Source of the DNA: Squalus acanthias
Taxonomy: Eukaryota
Reading direction: 5' to 3'
DNA: 64,000 nt
Assembly (NCBI GenBank): GCA_030390025.1
Contig: CM059446.1
Location: 4,092,001 to 4,156,000 of the forward strand
Part shown: piece by piece, positions 39,001 to 53,283 of the stretch
Numbering within the stretch: the first letter of the stretch is position 1
How the letters are laid out: each line of letters starts with the position of its first letter
Notes under the pieces: generated by a model
Told to the model about the DNA's origin: nothing
The model's input: the letters and a program-made list of their open reading frames with translations, nothing else
Databases searched by the model: none
Made by a program: the position numbers and the translations under genes

Positions 39001-42000
39001 AATACAGATATATATATATAATATATTCTGCTGTCCCGTGTGTGGCTGGGCAGTGAACAAAAGAAATCTTTCACGATTGTGCCGAGTGGGTTCGGGTGGG
39101 ATATTGATGGCCAGCAGGTGCGCCCTAGCCACGGGAGACTCTGTATAAGACCCGCAAACTTTCAGCACGGTTACTGCAAGGGACAACACTGAAGTTGGAG
39201 AAAGTACCAGAGACAACACGGGGCGTTTGGAGTTCAATAAGAAGGCGGGGGTAAACGCCTCTATCAATCTGGATTTTAAATAAACAGTGGAATGAACGTG
39301 CGCGCTCGCTAACTGCGAGTTGTACGAGAAAATATCACCCGTGTTTAAGATAATAGTGGCGCTGCTTTTACAAGCATGACTGGTAAGTGCCTCGGCGTGG
39401 TTTGCTTGCTCTGCATGCACACGGTATTAGATTCGAAACAGATTGAGGCGAATGGCAAATTTAGATATGCTCACAGGGAAAGGAGCTCCGAGTTAGAAAC
39501 ACATAATCTACGGCGTGTGTCACTTTATTTTCCCAGAAGGAGCTGTTAAGAATAACATTTGCAGCTCGCAGTATAAGTCTGCACAAACGAACACGACTTA
39601 ACAACATAAGGCGCATGTTTCCAAAATTCTAACAAATTCGCCACCTTATGTGTTCGCCCGGCGCGGTTGTGTTACTGACACTAAACGAAATGTAGCGTTC
39701 GTACTGATTGTAGAGACCTTCAGAAAGGAATACAAGGGCAGCGTGTAAATTATTTCTGAGAGTAATTTCACACGAACTGTCTCTTATTTTGAAGACGAAT
39801 AAATGCATGCCTGTGCTAAAAAATGTTAATGAAACAGCACCGTTGTTGTCTGAAATGTCACAAGAGTGGTTAGTCTTTGAGTATTTTAAACCAAAAGATT
39901 GAACATTAAACGGACGAGGGATTTAACAGTTCTCCCTCAAAACAGGCTGCAGTCGATTTTTATTTATTCTTTTCCCTGCACGGAATAAACTTTTGGAAAT
40001 AGATGTATTCAAAAAGAGAATCGGCACAGGCAAGACACGTTTGACCTCCTCTGTTATTAGTTTTGTAAATGCTGCGAAATGGCACTGAACATTACAAGAC
40101 CCGAGCTGTTAAACTAATAAGAAAAAATAGAGGGTTTCTGCCAAGTTCTGATCTTGATTTTAATTATGAAATAGACATGGGCGCCCTTTCCCTTTCAAAG
40201 GCCTTATATTCAGATCACAATGACAGGGTCCCTTCTGAAGGTGTCTGGCCGCAGATAGCAATAGCACCAATTGAAGATAAATTAAATTTACTGATAACAT
40301 TCCGAACGCAATCATCTTGGGCTCGGAATTTCCTTAAATCCGAATAAAGCGCAGATATTGCTCGCATTGGCAACTCAAGCTTGTTACTGGTGTGTGTGTG
40401 TGTGTGCATCTAGCACACGCTGTACAGTGCTACTAAATCCCAATCTCTGCTCAGTAAACCCTCTCTGGGACACTTCACCGGAAGAAAATGTAACGCCATT
40501 TAGAAAATAAGAACAGGGCGAACCATGCACCGGGAAGGTCACACATAATGTCCATCACACATCTTTATCTCCTTGTGTTTTATTGATACGAGACGTATCG
40601 ACTAACCGATTAATCAGTTAATAAATTGACTTTGACTACCCAAAGTGTTCTTCCTGTAGCAGCATAACTCCTAAAATTCTTGCCTGTTGGAGTTCCCGTT
40701 TGGACCCTGAAAAGAGCTCACTATTGTCCAACACACGGCAGGGCGACAGGCGCTAGGTTTATTTTTTTTTTGTAGTGCTTTGAATTAACTCCGCAACGGT
40801 TCGGAACACGAATAAGCTCCGTCTCGGCTCAATATTGAATATTAATGCGTTCAAACAGATTGGATAATAAATGTGACTTGGAATTAAATGAAGCTGTTTC
40901 TGATCTACATGACCCCCCCCCCCCCCTTCCTCCTCCCACCCCGAGACAGGCAGCCCTGGAGATAGGAAAGACGCCTGACAGATGCAATCAGATGCAAATG
41001 GGTGCAGAAGAGCTGAAATTATCATCTACAAACATTCCGTCAAAATTCCATCTGCTCCCTCTATATCTATATCTGTATGTATATATAGGGACAGCCCGGG
41101 AGCCGCCGCATCTTAATAAGTTATGGGACGGCAAATTGACACACATCTTAATCAAATCTTAATCCAAGAAATTAATTCACGGCGCGTTTATGATTTTTTT
41201 TTCTCTCTCTCCCCGGTGGAAGGTGTTATCAGATTGTGTAAAACCATAGTTATGTCTCTGGTCACAGATGGAGGTATCTGACTTCATGAATTGCAGGATA
41301 TACTATTTAACGTGCGTGCTTTTATTTTGCAAGTGGCATTTTAAACATGTACTAAGCCTAGGTTATGGACAACACATGTTCGGAACCCTCCACTTCATTG
41401 TTTCACCCGAAGCCAAGACCCGATCAAATATGGTGGCCTAGGCTTTCAGTACAATGGTCTTTTGATTGGATTTATTTCAAATGACATTAAAGTTTTGACA
41501 CGAAGTGCGAATACATCATTGCATGAATTTCCAAATCACAGACAAACAGATAAATAGCTAAAGGTTTAACAAGGGAAAAAATCAAAATAACTCTATCCCA
41601 GGAAACGCCCTAGCAGAATAGCCACGTCACCAAAGATAGGTACAAGGCAGCAATCCCATGAATCCTGTATATCCCCCTACATTGCAACAGTGACTACACT
41701 TCAAAAATACTTCATTGGCTGTGAAGCGCTTTGGGACGTCCTGAGGTTGTGAAAGGCGCTACAGAAATGCAAGTCTTTTTATATTGTTCAATGGGCCAGA
41801 ATTTAGATAAAGCATAATTTCGATCCTAAGAAAATAATTGAAAGCACTTGTCTTTGGGATAAAAATAGCATGGAACAGCACAAAGTTCCCATCTGGTTAA
41901 ATTGCCATTGTATCGTCACGTGTTTTGAACCAAACTAAACTAAAAGTTCAATGAAGAGAATTGTATTGTCAGTGACAAAGGCTGTCATCTCAACTCTTAG

Positions 42001-42338
42001 ACTGGCTGGAGATGGTCTCCTGATGGACGTTGCTGTCTGTATCTTTGGTCGAATGAAGATTATATTTATATCGCACTTTATTACTTCTCTCCGCAACACC
42101 ACAAAGCGCTTTACAGACAATAAATGACTTTATGGAGCACAGTGACTATTGTGTAGGCAAACTATAGGCGCGTGCTCTTGGAAACAAGTTTCACCACAAC
42201 AAAAGAAACAAGGCTGTGCATTTTTTGGGCAGTCAGTAAAGCAGAGAAAGGTACAATGGGCTCTTACAGTAATTATACAGCTACCATTTCTCAGCTTGAG
42301 CGCAGCATTTAATTACAAACGTACATATAGATTAGCGT

Positions 42339-42548
42339 AATAACAACAGAAAAGGCTGGAAAAACTCAGCAGGCCAGGCAGCATCCGTGGAGAGAGAAAC
42401 AGAGTTAACGTTTCAGGTCGACGAAAGGTCTTCGACCTGAAACGTTAACTCTGTTTCTCTCTCCACGGATGCTGCCTGGCCTGCTGAGTTTTTCCAGCGT
42501 TTTCTGTTGTTATTTCGGATTTCCAGCATCCGCAGTATTTTGCTATCG
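42339..42548. mobile_element. Short Penelope-like insertion with inverted 5' segment (hairpin) and 13-bp TSD
   Basis: Arms 42339-42421 and 42432-42514 are reverse complements with one mismatch. TSD tatagattagcgt at 42326-42338 and 42549-42561. Confidence 0.8.
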
Positions 42549-43319
42549 TATAGATTAGCGTGCTTGAAACAAACGCCACCGTTACAATAAGCAAAAGCTG
42601 GGAATTTGCTCAGATTTGAGTTCAATGGTTTTCTTGCCAAGAGTGTGGGGTCCAGTGCATGGTCCAGTGATGCACTCATTGTAACCGACCCTATTTCAGA
42701 AAATGTGTGTGCTGCCGCCTGATATTTGGGGTCAAAGGCCAGACACGGGTCACTAGGATGGATAGATTATAATATTAACTTCATGGAATGAAGAATACCA
42801 TATTCCTACAAATGCCATAATGTACATTTTTGGCCGCCTTCGCGATTTGCATGAATTGGGGGTCGTCCAATTTGAACTTGTCTTCTCTCTGTCAGTGTCT
42901 CCGCTGTGAATTACTGTAATTCTAACGATAAAGAAGAATGAAACAGTGAGAAGGAATTTTACAAACCACAATTGGGATTTAGTTAGCTATTAATAGGAAT
43001 ATCCTCATCAGTATTGTTGTGACTGTCCTTTTTCCAAGCTTCAGATGTAATCTCCAACCAGAGCTGGAAGCTAGCTTCAGAACGTGTGTTGGTAACTCGT
43101 AATCCTGAATTACAGCTTTTGGAATAGGTTTAATTCTCAGGTGAAGATATTCACAGCATAGTCACATCCTGGGAAATCAAGACTGGTAACTGTCCCTGCA
43201 AAAGCAAGGTGCCCGCGCAGAGAGAATCGCTGAAGGAGAAGTCTTTGTTCAGACTGGATTTGCTGATGTGTATTGACTTGGATGTGAATTGGGTTTTTTC
43301 GGCAGCACAGGCCCATCGG

Positions 43320-43446
43320 ATGGAATACAACCTGTCGAGCGGGGTTCTGACCGACTCGGACGCTCCTGATCACAGCCCTCTGACCCTCTCAGACTCCGGG
43401 ACCCCACAGAGAGAACCCATCTGTAAAGCACAGCAGGAGAGCAGCG
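43320..43446 (+). CDS. PITX3: PITX3 first coding exon (MEYNLSSGVLTDSDAPDHSPLTLSDSGTPQREPICKAQQESS, ends phase 1)
   Basis: SPxLxLSDxGTP...CK motif of the PITX3 N-terminus. Acceptor(s) ttttttcggcag/cacag upstream, donor G|gtgagt at 43447. Phase matches the next exon. Confidence 0.88.
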
Positions 43447-46400
43447 GTGAGTTGGTTGCATTTCTGACTGCACTTGTGAATGACTGCAAGCTCATCAGAG
43501 GCGGTGGTGGGGGGGGGGGGCAGCAAGGAGAGAGCAAGCAATTAAATAGGGAGGCTGTAAAGAGGCTAAAAGCTGTCTCGCTTCCCCTAAAAAGGGACAA
43601 AGAACAAAAGCAAGGAGGATGACAATTGGGAAGAAAATGGGCCCAAGAATCAATGATTGAAAATGAATCACTCTTAAAGCTGGAGACCTCTAGTGGCCGC
43701 TGAGTTTAATACAAGGGCCTCAGGGAAACAGCAAACGCAGGTTTATTGTCTCAATAGTGTCAACTGTACCTGTAACTTCTTTCCCTGCCCCTGCTCATGT
43801 TTGTAAAGTTAAAAAAAAGGTGTCGATAATCTGCACGGAGTTCTCAAAATGCTGCAAGTGAGCATCCACTCCAGTCGATCGGATTACAACAATATAAAAG
43901 AAAGAAAGCCAGATTGAAATGAGGAGAGAGGAGGCAGTCTGCTGGGTGAGATGGCAGAATGACCCGGCGCCTTATCACCATATTCATTTAACACTGGGAC
44001 ATGACTGGGTTTCATTGCGCGTCGTCACAACATCTGTCTGGGTCAGCTTCAGCCCGCGGTCACACTTGTAACTCTAGATTAAGAAAAGGGACAAAACACG
44101 TGTTTAATTATTTCCGAGCTATGGCACAAGGACATGGAGATTGTTGCCCTTACTGCCGGGGCACCTGCACTGAAACGGGGCTTTAAACCTGTTCAGCAGT
44201 TGGTGAATCCTATTTATTGCGGAAATGATAAAGCAGGATATCGGAAGCACTGCTGTAGATACATTGTCGATTCCTTGCTGTATTCCTTCAGTGACAGTAG
44301 TTTGATTCAAAGTGATGTCAATGTCTCGCCTAGTCCCTCTCGAGTGGGCATGTTCTGTCTGAATGGGGAGGGGCAGCCCTGCAAGCAGTTTGGCTTTTCT
44401 GTCGTGGAAGTGGGTTGTTTTGGGTTTGCTACAGGTTGCAGGAAGTTAAAAGTGTGTTTGTTGAAATGTTAAAGTCAGTTGATAAAATAGTATATATTCT
44501 TGTGATAACATAATCACAAATATGGATGCTAAACATCCCTACTGTATTATATGATATACACTGGTGATATAAGTAGGGGCATTTAAAACCTGTGAATCAT
44601 TTACAAAAATCTAAATTGCACGGGCGATTACCATTACATATATAAAATATCAATTAACTTCACACTGTAATAAAGCCATTTGTAAATATGTTGGATTAAG
44701 TTAGGAAGTATAAATTGCGGCGCACACACCACTGGCTTCATATAACAAAATCCATTAAATCTTTAATAGTTCAGGTTGCAAGTGGGAATCTGATCTAGTT
44801 GTATTGCAAACTGGCAAAGAAAATAAACAATTGTCCACCAGGACTGGATTTGGAATAAAGACATCATATACAAAGTGGAATAAATCTCGACGTAAGCCAT
44901 ACGAATTCCCCATAAGAATTCCCAGGACCACCAAATTAATTGTGGCTGTATAGTGCACCACACATTATTATAAGTCTGTTTACGGATCTCTCTGGGGTAA
45001 ATCCGCTCCCGCCTACCACATATCCAACCTTATTCTGCTCACATGCGGATAGTTTAGCTGAAATAATATTTTCGTTCTAGACAGTGTTAATGCCGACGAT
45101 TCACAGCGATTTTGTTCCATCTCAGGAACCTTAATGAATATATCTGTACAGTGGAGATTTTAAGTAATTGCATGGGCAGTGCTAATTAAAAGGAAGAACA
45201 ATGTCAAAGTGCAAACATTTCCGAAAGAACATCCGTATTTGTATGGAAGTCCTAAAATATTTTGAAATAATTTCAACCTCTAACCAAAATACAAACCACA
45301 TTCCTATTCAAGAGAGTCGAGGGCATCCAGTCATTTATCAGGTCTCCCCTGCTGCTGCTGACTTCAACACAAACTTAAGAAACAGCGCAGGAAAACACGT
45401 TTTTCTTCTCTGCCCCAAAATAAAGAGATATGTTCATTTTTGGAAAGCCAGGGGTTTTGGAGAGATGTGGTTGTGAAATAAAAGCTGACCCGCCACCCAA
45501 AACCTTCAAACTTGTAACACATTTCAAACACTACCAGCTGGTGTCCCACTAAATAAGGGTCAAAGTTTGCACCATTTAAAAAAAATAAAATTCTCTTTTA
45601 TATTATCAGTGTATACTGTAGACTGCTTGCAGGGTCGAATTAGGCGTCGTTTTCTTTGGAAACGGTCTCCCGAGTTTTAATGAGGCTTAGTAGAATTCGT
45701 GAGCAAGATAAAGCATACATTTCAACAAAGATCTAATCAGAGCAGGGCACTTCCGGTTCTAAAACCCAGATACCACCGCATTTTTGGACATTTTCTTCCC
45801 AGCGCCGGGACGTGAGGTGAGGAGACGGGGGCAGATCCCGCAGTTGCCGGCTTTAGAAGTGGGATTTTTAATTGAATTGAAGCCAGTTGATTAAAAAGGG
45901 ATTGGCGGCGCCGCGATCTGGCACGCAATGGGGCTCTCTGTTTAAAAAAACCATCAAAATATTTACTTTCCAAAAGCTGATCTTTCACTGACAGATCAGT
46001 CACATCTTTATTTGGTGGAGGTCTGGGCGCAAAAAAAAAAGAAAAGGGAGACGGAAAGGAAGCGAGAAAGGCTGTTGTAGTAAAAAAAATAATAGACGGG
46101 GGAAAAAAAAACTACATTATATTTCAGTCAGTAATCGGCCCTTGTGACTTGTACTGAAGTCTAGCTCAAAGCTGATTGTTTATATTCGTGACTGCGATTT
46201 AAATATTGACCTGATTCCGATATTTGCAGGATCAGTCTTAGCACGGTACAAAAAAAATGCATTCGTGATTTTTTGGGGGGAATTCTATTGAAGATTTTTT
46301 TGTGTGCTTGCAAATGACTTGGGCACTGTGATGACATTGTTTGATATTATGGTTGGGTACAAGGAATGAGACTTTGGAATACCCAGAGTAAATATATATG

Positions 46401-49400
46401 TAATATCTTGGTGTATCATACCCTCAGGCTTGTCAATAAACACTTTTAACCCAACAATTGTTTACAAGCCACCTCTTGAGTTCTGGACAATTTGATCCTA
46501 AATAGCCTCTTTAAATGCACTTGTATCTCGCCATATTTATTGTTTAGCGATGGCGCTTTTACTTCCTTTATTCGGTTGCCGTTGGCAAAGAATAACATTG
46601 AATATATTGCTGCAGAAAGCGCACGAGTAATTGTAAAGCGAATTGCTCGCTTTGTTTTAAAAAGAAAGCATGGTGTAAACAAAATGCTATGTCTGAAAAA
46701 AAAACCTGCAACAAATAAACTAAACCTCCTAGCGGCTGGAAATAAATAAATAAATGTTTACCTTAATTTGTTTTGAATGTACCGGCACCAGGCAGGACTC
46801 CAGTCGCTGCAGGAGAAACACCGTCCTGACTTTAATTAATAGGCTGCATGCCTCTCAATTTTAAACCCTACTGAATATGAACGAGCTCTCTTCCTATAAT
46901 CATTTTGACAAATCTGTATACAACATGGAAAGAGAGAGAGAGAGTGGAGCCGGGACTCAAATGGCGGGGCATTTCTTCAAATACAATTCGGCGAGATGCT
47001 TTCAGACCGTAATAAAATAAATATTAATCCCTTCTCTCTTTTACGATGCGGTTGGATTAACGGGATTAAAATGCACGCGTATACTATGATTATGAAATCC
47101 AGCTCGGTAAAGCATTCTCTCTGCGGGGAGTTATTTTCCAATAACACCAGTTTTTGCAATGAACATCCCTGAGGCATTTAAACTTCCCGTTTTTAAACTC
47201 AATGCTTATATTTGTAATGAAAGATGATTAAAGTCTGCTCGCTACTCGGACTCTGCCTCATCCTGAAATAAACCTGTGTGGATAACACCAACAGTACACA
47301 GCGATAAGCCTTTAACCCTTCCTTTAATACTCCAGCTTCTCTGTAATAATGTCTATTACCCACAGATTATAAATGTTATCCTAAACGGCCATAGGTTGTA
47401 TGATGATTTTTTTTACCTCCTAATTATTAAATCAGGTTTTTATTTTAAACACGAAAGAGAGTGATGCCCTCTCTCTGGTGCGAAAACAAAAACTGTACAG
47501 TCTGTTAGCAACAACCCAGAGCCCAGATTGTGTGAATTTTCCAAACAATTTAAGGAGTTGATTCTTTCATCGATCAGTTGCAGATCCAACTCAGTCTCTT
47601 ATCAGTGTTTTGCGCATTTTAACCCTCCGTGTCACGCTTTTCACTTGATTTAAAAGCTGGTGTGCAGTCACCTAGGGAGATTGTGATGTGGATACTTTAA
47701 ATCGAGTTAAAATAAGCTTCAGTTTATGAACAAATGCCAGGGGCCGTCCCAGGAGTGAGTTTACAATCAGAGAGACAGTAGCAAATATTGAACAGGAAGA
47801 TATTGTGACTGCTTTTGTAAATAGTCCCTATCTGGGGAAACTGGCATTTAGGAATATTTAAGAAGTTTTCCCCCTAGCCACACGTACATCAAATATTATG
47901 ACTATACACCATGAATATTAACTCTTTCACTGCTAAATAAAAAAAACTTTTACTGAATTTCCATCGACGATACTCGGATAATTCAAGATGTGGATTCAGT
48001 ATTTTCACCCTAGGGAACAGTCCGTTAATGTTAGAATTGGGAATAAAGGCAAAGTGATATTTGAAATGGTTGTATTGTAATAACACAGAGGGCAGACACT
48101 GATAGGTAACCGCCCGAGGAGAGTAGCGACCTGTTAAGAGTTACTGAAATCTATATATTTTTAAAAGGAAACGGTAGTATAAATGTTCATTCTCACCTGT
48201 AAGTGTTTGACGCGGCGCCAAGAGGACTCACACATCATAAATTATTGTTAAACTAATATGCACCGGGAGATTTAGCAGCTTTTTGCTGATACGGCGTGAA
48301 ATTCTGATGCCATAAAACCCACTTGCCTAACTCGGCTTAAATTTTAACTAGAAAATGCTCAACTGACCGACAGCGAGAGCAATCTCTGCGAAACGTGGCC
48401 AGTTATCTCTGCTTGTTGACATTCCCTACCAGTGACAAAAGCTCACTTTTCTCCAGCTTTTTTCTCAATCTATGGCCGACCTTTAATCACGACACCGAAA
48501 GCGCCCCAAACTCAAGATAGTGAACGTAGCGAACATGAGTTTCTGACTGCATCCGAGATGTTATTGTAATGAAGGGGCCTGTTTTCCTAATGTTCTCTTG
48601 ACGTATAATGTAACTTTTGCCCACATTATTACTTATTGAATTTAAATACACCTGGGGTGGTTGATCGTAAGATTTATAATTAAAAAGTAAACGGCTTACA
48701 TTTATGTAGTGCTTCACATACAATGAGTTGCTTTGAACTGCAGGAACTTGTGATGCAGAGAAAAAAAGACTCAAAATGGAAAAGCATTTCACCCTCCACT
48801 TCCACAATAAACTCTTAACACAGGTTTCTCCTCAGGGCTGTTTTTTTCTTGGTTTTAATGTTAATTCTCTAACATTTCACACATTTGACTCATCCATATA
48901 TAAACCGCTGTGACCTCATTGTTATCGTTTGACGCTGGTCCTTGAGCTCCGGTGAAGAGAGCTATTTATGAATTTAATCTCGTTTTATATAAATTAATAT
49001 TCTATCCGTCCGTTCACTTAAAGCTGCAGTTTCCAGTTGTTCATTTCAGGTCGATTTCATGAATTAGTAGCAATGAGTAATGGAAGAAATATGATCAAAC
49101 CTTGCAATTGCAAAAGTATTGCATCCCATAATATTGCAATAAAGGTATATAAACTGAAGAGACACAATAAGTTTCATTGTGTTCAGGTAATTCAACAAAT
49201 CAGAAGAGAGATACACCAGGTGTCGGTTGCACAGAAAATCTAAAGCACAGTGTTATAAGACTTGTCTGTGCCTTTGAAAACTGAACTTACAAATAGTTCT
49301 TGAAATCTAATCGGGGTTGGGCATATTTTGTTTCGTCCCTTCTATCTGCACTTAATCCCTCCCAGATTCAAAAAAATCCCTGAGTGCTCTGCTTATTCTA

Positions 49401-50691
49401 AATTGTCTGCCCTTTTGTCTGACGTGGGTGTGTGTTTTCTCTCTCTGGCTCTCCGAGGATGCCCAGGGTTTCTGACAGCCATTCTGTGTCAGTTTACAGC
49501 TTGCATCACCGGCGGACCCGCCTTGACGTTCTTGGCCTCACAATAAGGAGGGGTGCGAAGGTTCAACCAGTGCACATTTATAACTGCCCCCAAAAGCTAA
49601 GCCTTTAACAAACAAGAGTTAAAGGGAAGGCGGCGACCAGGGGGTCCTCATACCTGCCCTTGTCAGTGTGTCTGAGCTGGGGATTTACTCGCAGATAAAT
49701 TAATGCCCTTTGTGGGGTCCCGGGATTGGGAGAGGCTTACTGGCTTGGGAAGCGACAGAGACACAAGGCGCGTTTTAAGGCAATTTGAACGCCCGACTGT
49801 TTAGGCAGGAGATAAAACTAGATTTGAGATTTATTCGCCTGGTGTTTTGATTTGCAATGTCAGCCAATGTTCAAACGCTCCGAGTCCCGCAAGGACAATA
49901 CGCCGATCAACTGAGAAAGGTGGCCGACACCCCGAACAGTCAATGTGCAGGTAGGAACGAAACCGATTCCTGGAGAGAAAAGTCAATGATCCAAATCGGT
50001 TCAGGAACGCTGGATTATTGTTTATAAAGTAAGGTTGTATTTACCTCTCCCTGTCCCTGTGATTAAATGTTGTGCCGAAGGAGGGGGGATTGGGGGGGGG
50101 GGGGGCGAGAGGTGAGGGGTAATTAGCATAGTTTGCCCTTTGATAATCTACTTTAATTCGGCATCCCAGATTACGCCATTGCCATGTCAATTTAATACCA
50201 TCTTTTAAAATGACACAGCATTCCTGATCTGGTTATAAATGCATCGGGGAAAAGGTTAAAGCAAAGACCGTTCAAAGATAATATTTGCACTAACAGAAAG
50301 TCATTTTGCTTCTAAACTGCCCCTCTGTCTGGCGTCCCTTCCGCCCGTCGCTTGAACTCGCCTGTTTTGACCTGTGACGAGCTGCAATTTTAACCCGCCC
50401 CGACACATTCGAAATCAATTTCTCGGCTCTGCGAAACCTTCAGAAAAACAGAGTTTTGCAAATCCCATAGGTCCATCAAAGGGGGAGAGAACAATTTGAA
50501 CCACACTAGTTTTGTTCATAACTCGATAAGTGTATTGGTGACAGAACTTTGCTGCAATCACTCAGAACCCTGACAACTACAGTTATTTACTGCACATATA
50601 TGTTTCCTGTGATCACATTTATCTACAATCCACAAAATAAACAGCTGGATTTATGGAAGTGTTTAGGGAAAGGAGAGCAAGATTAATCTAG

Positions 50692-50931
<240 letters not shown>

Positions 50932-51029
50932 TGAGTGAAGTCCCATTTTTAGACTCAGAATGAAAGTTAATAATAGGTCCCATGCAAAGTATTGTCATTG
51001 TCTAAATGCCAAGTTGGCCACTTTAAGCC

Positions 51030-51355
51030 CCACAACCCTCCGAGATCTCTGCGCTCCTCTAAATTCTGGCCTCTTGAGCATCCCCGATTTCAACTGCCCC
51101 ACCATTGGCGGCCGTGCCTTCAGCTACCTGAGCCCTAAGATCTAAACCTCTCCGCCTCTCCCGGGGTCTCGAGTCTCTACCTCTCTACCTCTCCTCCTTT
51201 GAGACGCTCCTTAAAACCTACCTCTTTGGTCACCTGTCCTAATATCTCCTTCTGTGGCTCGGTGTCAAATTTTGTTTGATAATCGCTCCTGTGAAGCGCC
51301 TTGGGACGTTTTACTACGTTAAAGGCGCTGTATAAATGCAAGTTGTTGTTGTTGT
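51030..51355 (+). mobile_element. L2-clade 3' end in PITX3 intron
   Basis: TIGGRAFSYLSPK, ending in ggcgctgtataaatgcaag(ttg)n. Confidence 0.8.
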
Positions 51356-52217
51356 AGAATGATGGATTCATGAATAACCCAGAGAAATGATAAAAGCTAA
51401 GGGGCATACCTGATCCCAAAGACTTACCCAATGTCAAACAGACCAAAGAATAATACATTTCCCACTCCTTTTCATTGCTGTGGGCAGATTGCCGATCCAG
51501 CATTCAGTGAGGTGCAGGATTCTGATCAAAGCATATTGCCCACCTCCCTCTCCCCCAGTTATTCATTTGTTTTATTACCCTAGACACTGAAGACAGTAAC
51601 TTCTACACACTTCATGATCCCTAAAATACATTCCATGTCATGCTTTTGATTTAGAACTTGTTGGAGTATGAGTAATTAAAATGACTGATGTATAATATTA
51701 CAAGCCAGGCATTTGAGTTTTATGATCACTCGCGACAAATCCAGATCTAAGCATGACAGTTATTGGCAATCTAGTCAAGAGGATTCCAAAGTGCTAAAGT
51801 AATGCAAGAAATGTCGAGTAAAAGTTAACAGCAAGATAATCTGGTAGGATCTCCAAGAATTTGGTTTTGCTGGATCATTTACAAGCCAATTCCAAAACTG
51901 TGAGTTGTGGCACTCATTTGGACATGCTGTAGGTGGTTAACGGTGGGCGTCTGTTATTAACCTTGCATTTTAAGTGAGAGAACAATATTATGTTTAGCCT
52001 GAAGCTGTCAATATGTTGTATTCTCTCAAGTAATTGCGGTCAGTATAGAAATTGGACCTTATAGACTCCCAGGAACGATTCAGATTTGTTTTTATCTTGT
52101 AGCGAAATTCATACATCTTCCACGCTGGCAGTTACAGGGACCCGGAATTAATTATTATGCATCATTCGATCACCATGTTATGTTGACAACCAAGTTTCAA
52201 GCAAGATCTGGGTAGAA

Positions 52218-52462
52218 TTAAAACCAGAGGGGAGATGAAGAGAACTTTTTTTTAACGCAGCGAGTTGTTGTGATCTGGAATGCGCTGCCTGAAAGCAGAT
52301 TCAATCGTAAAAAAAAATGAATTGGATAAATACTTGAAAAGGAAAAATTTGCAGGGCTGTGGGGAAAGAACAGGTTGAGTGGGACTGATTGGAGAGCTCC
52401 TTCAAAGAGCCGGCACAGGCACGGTGGGCCGAGTGGCCTCCTTCTGTGCTGTATCATCCTAT
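52218..52462 (+). mobile_element. CR1 3' tail in PITX3 intron
   Basis: ttttttaacgcagcgagttgttgtgatctggaatgcgctgcctgaaag...ggccgagtggcctccttctgtgctgta. Confidence 0.8.
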
Positions 52463-52719
52463 GAATTATACATTTTGATTTATTTTTACATTCAACTTTG
52501 CTATCAAATAGTCGCTTTTCTGTTCATTATCAATAAAGCGTAATTATTACCAAAAGGTTCTCCCATGTGTACAGACGAGACCCGTGAGATACAATGGGAA
52601 TAACATTTGTATTTTGGGCAAAACGACACCTGAATGGAAAGGAATCTATTTGGCCAATTACTTGTTACATTCACACGCGCGCCAGCCAAAGTTAATGAAA
52701 TCTATCTTTTCTGGTTTAG

Positions 52720-53283
<564 letters not shown>

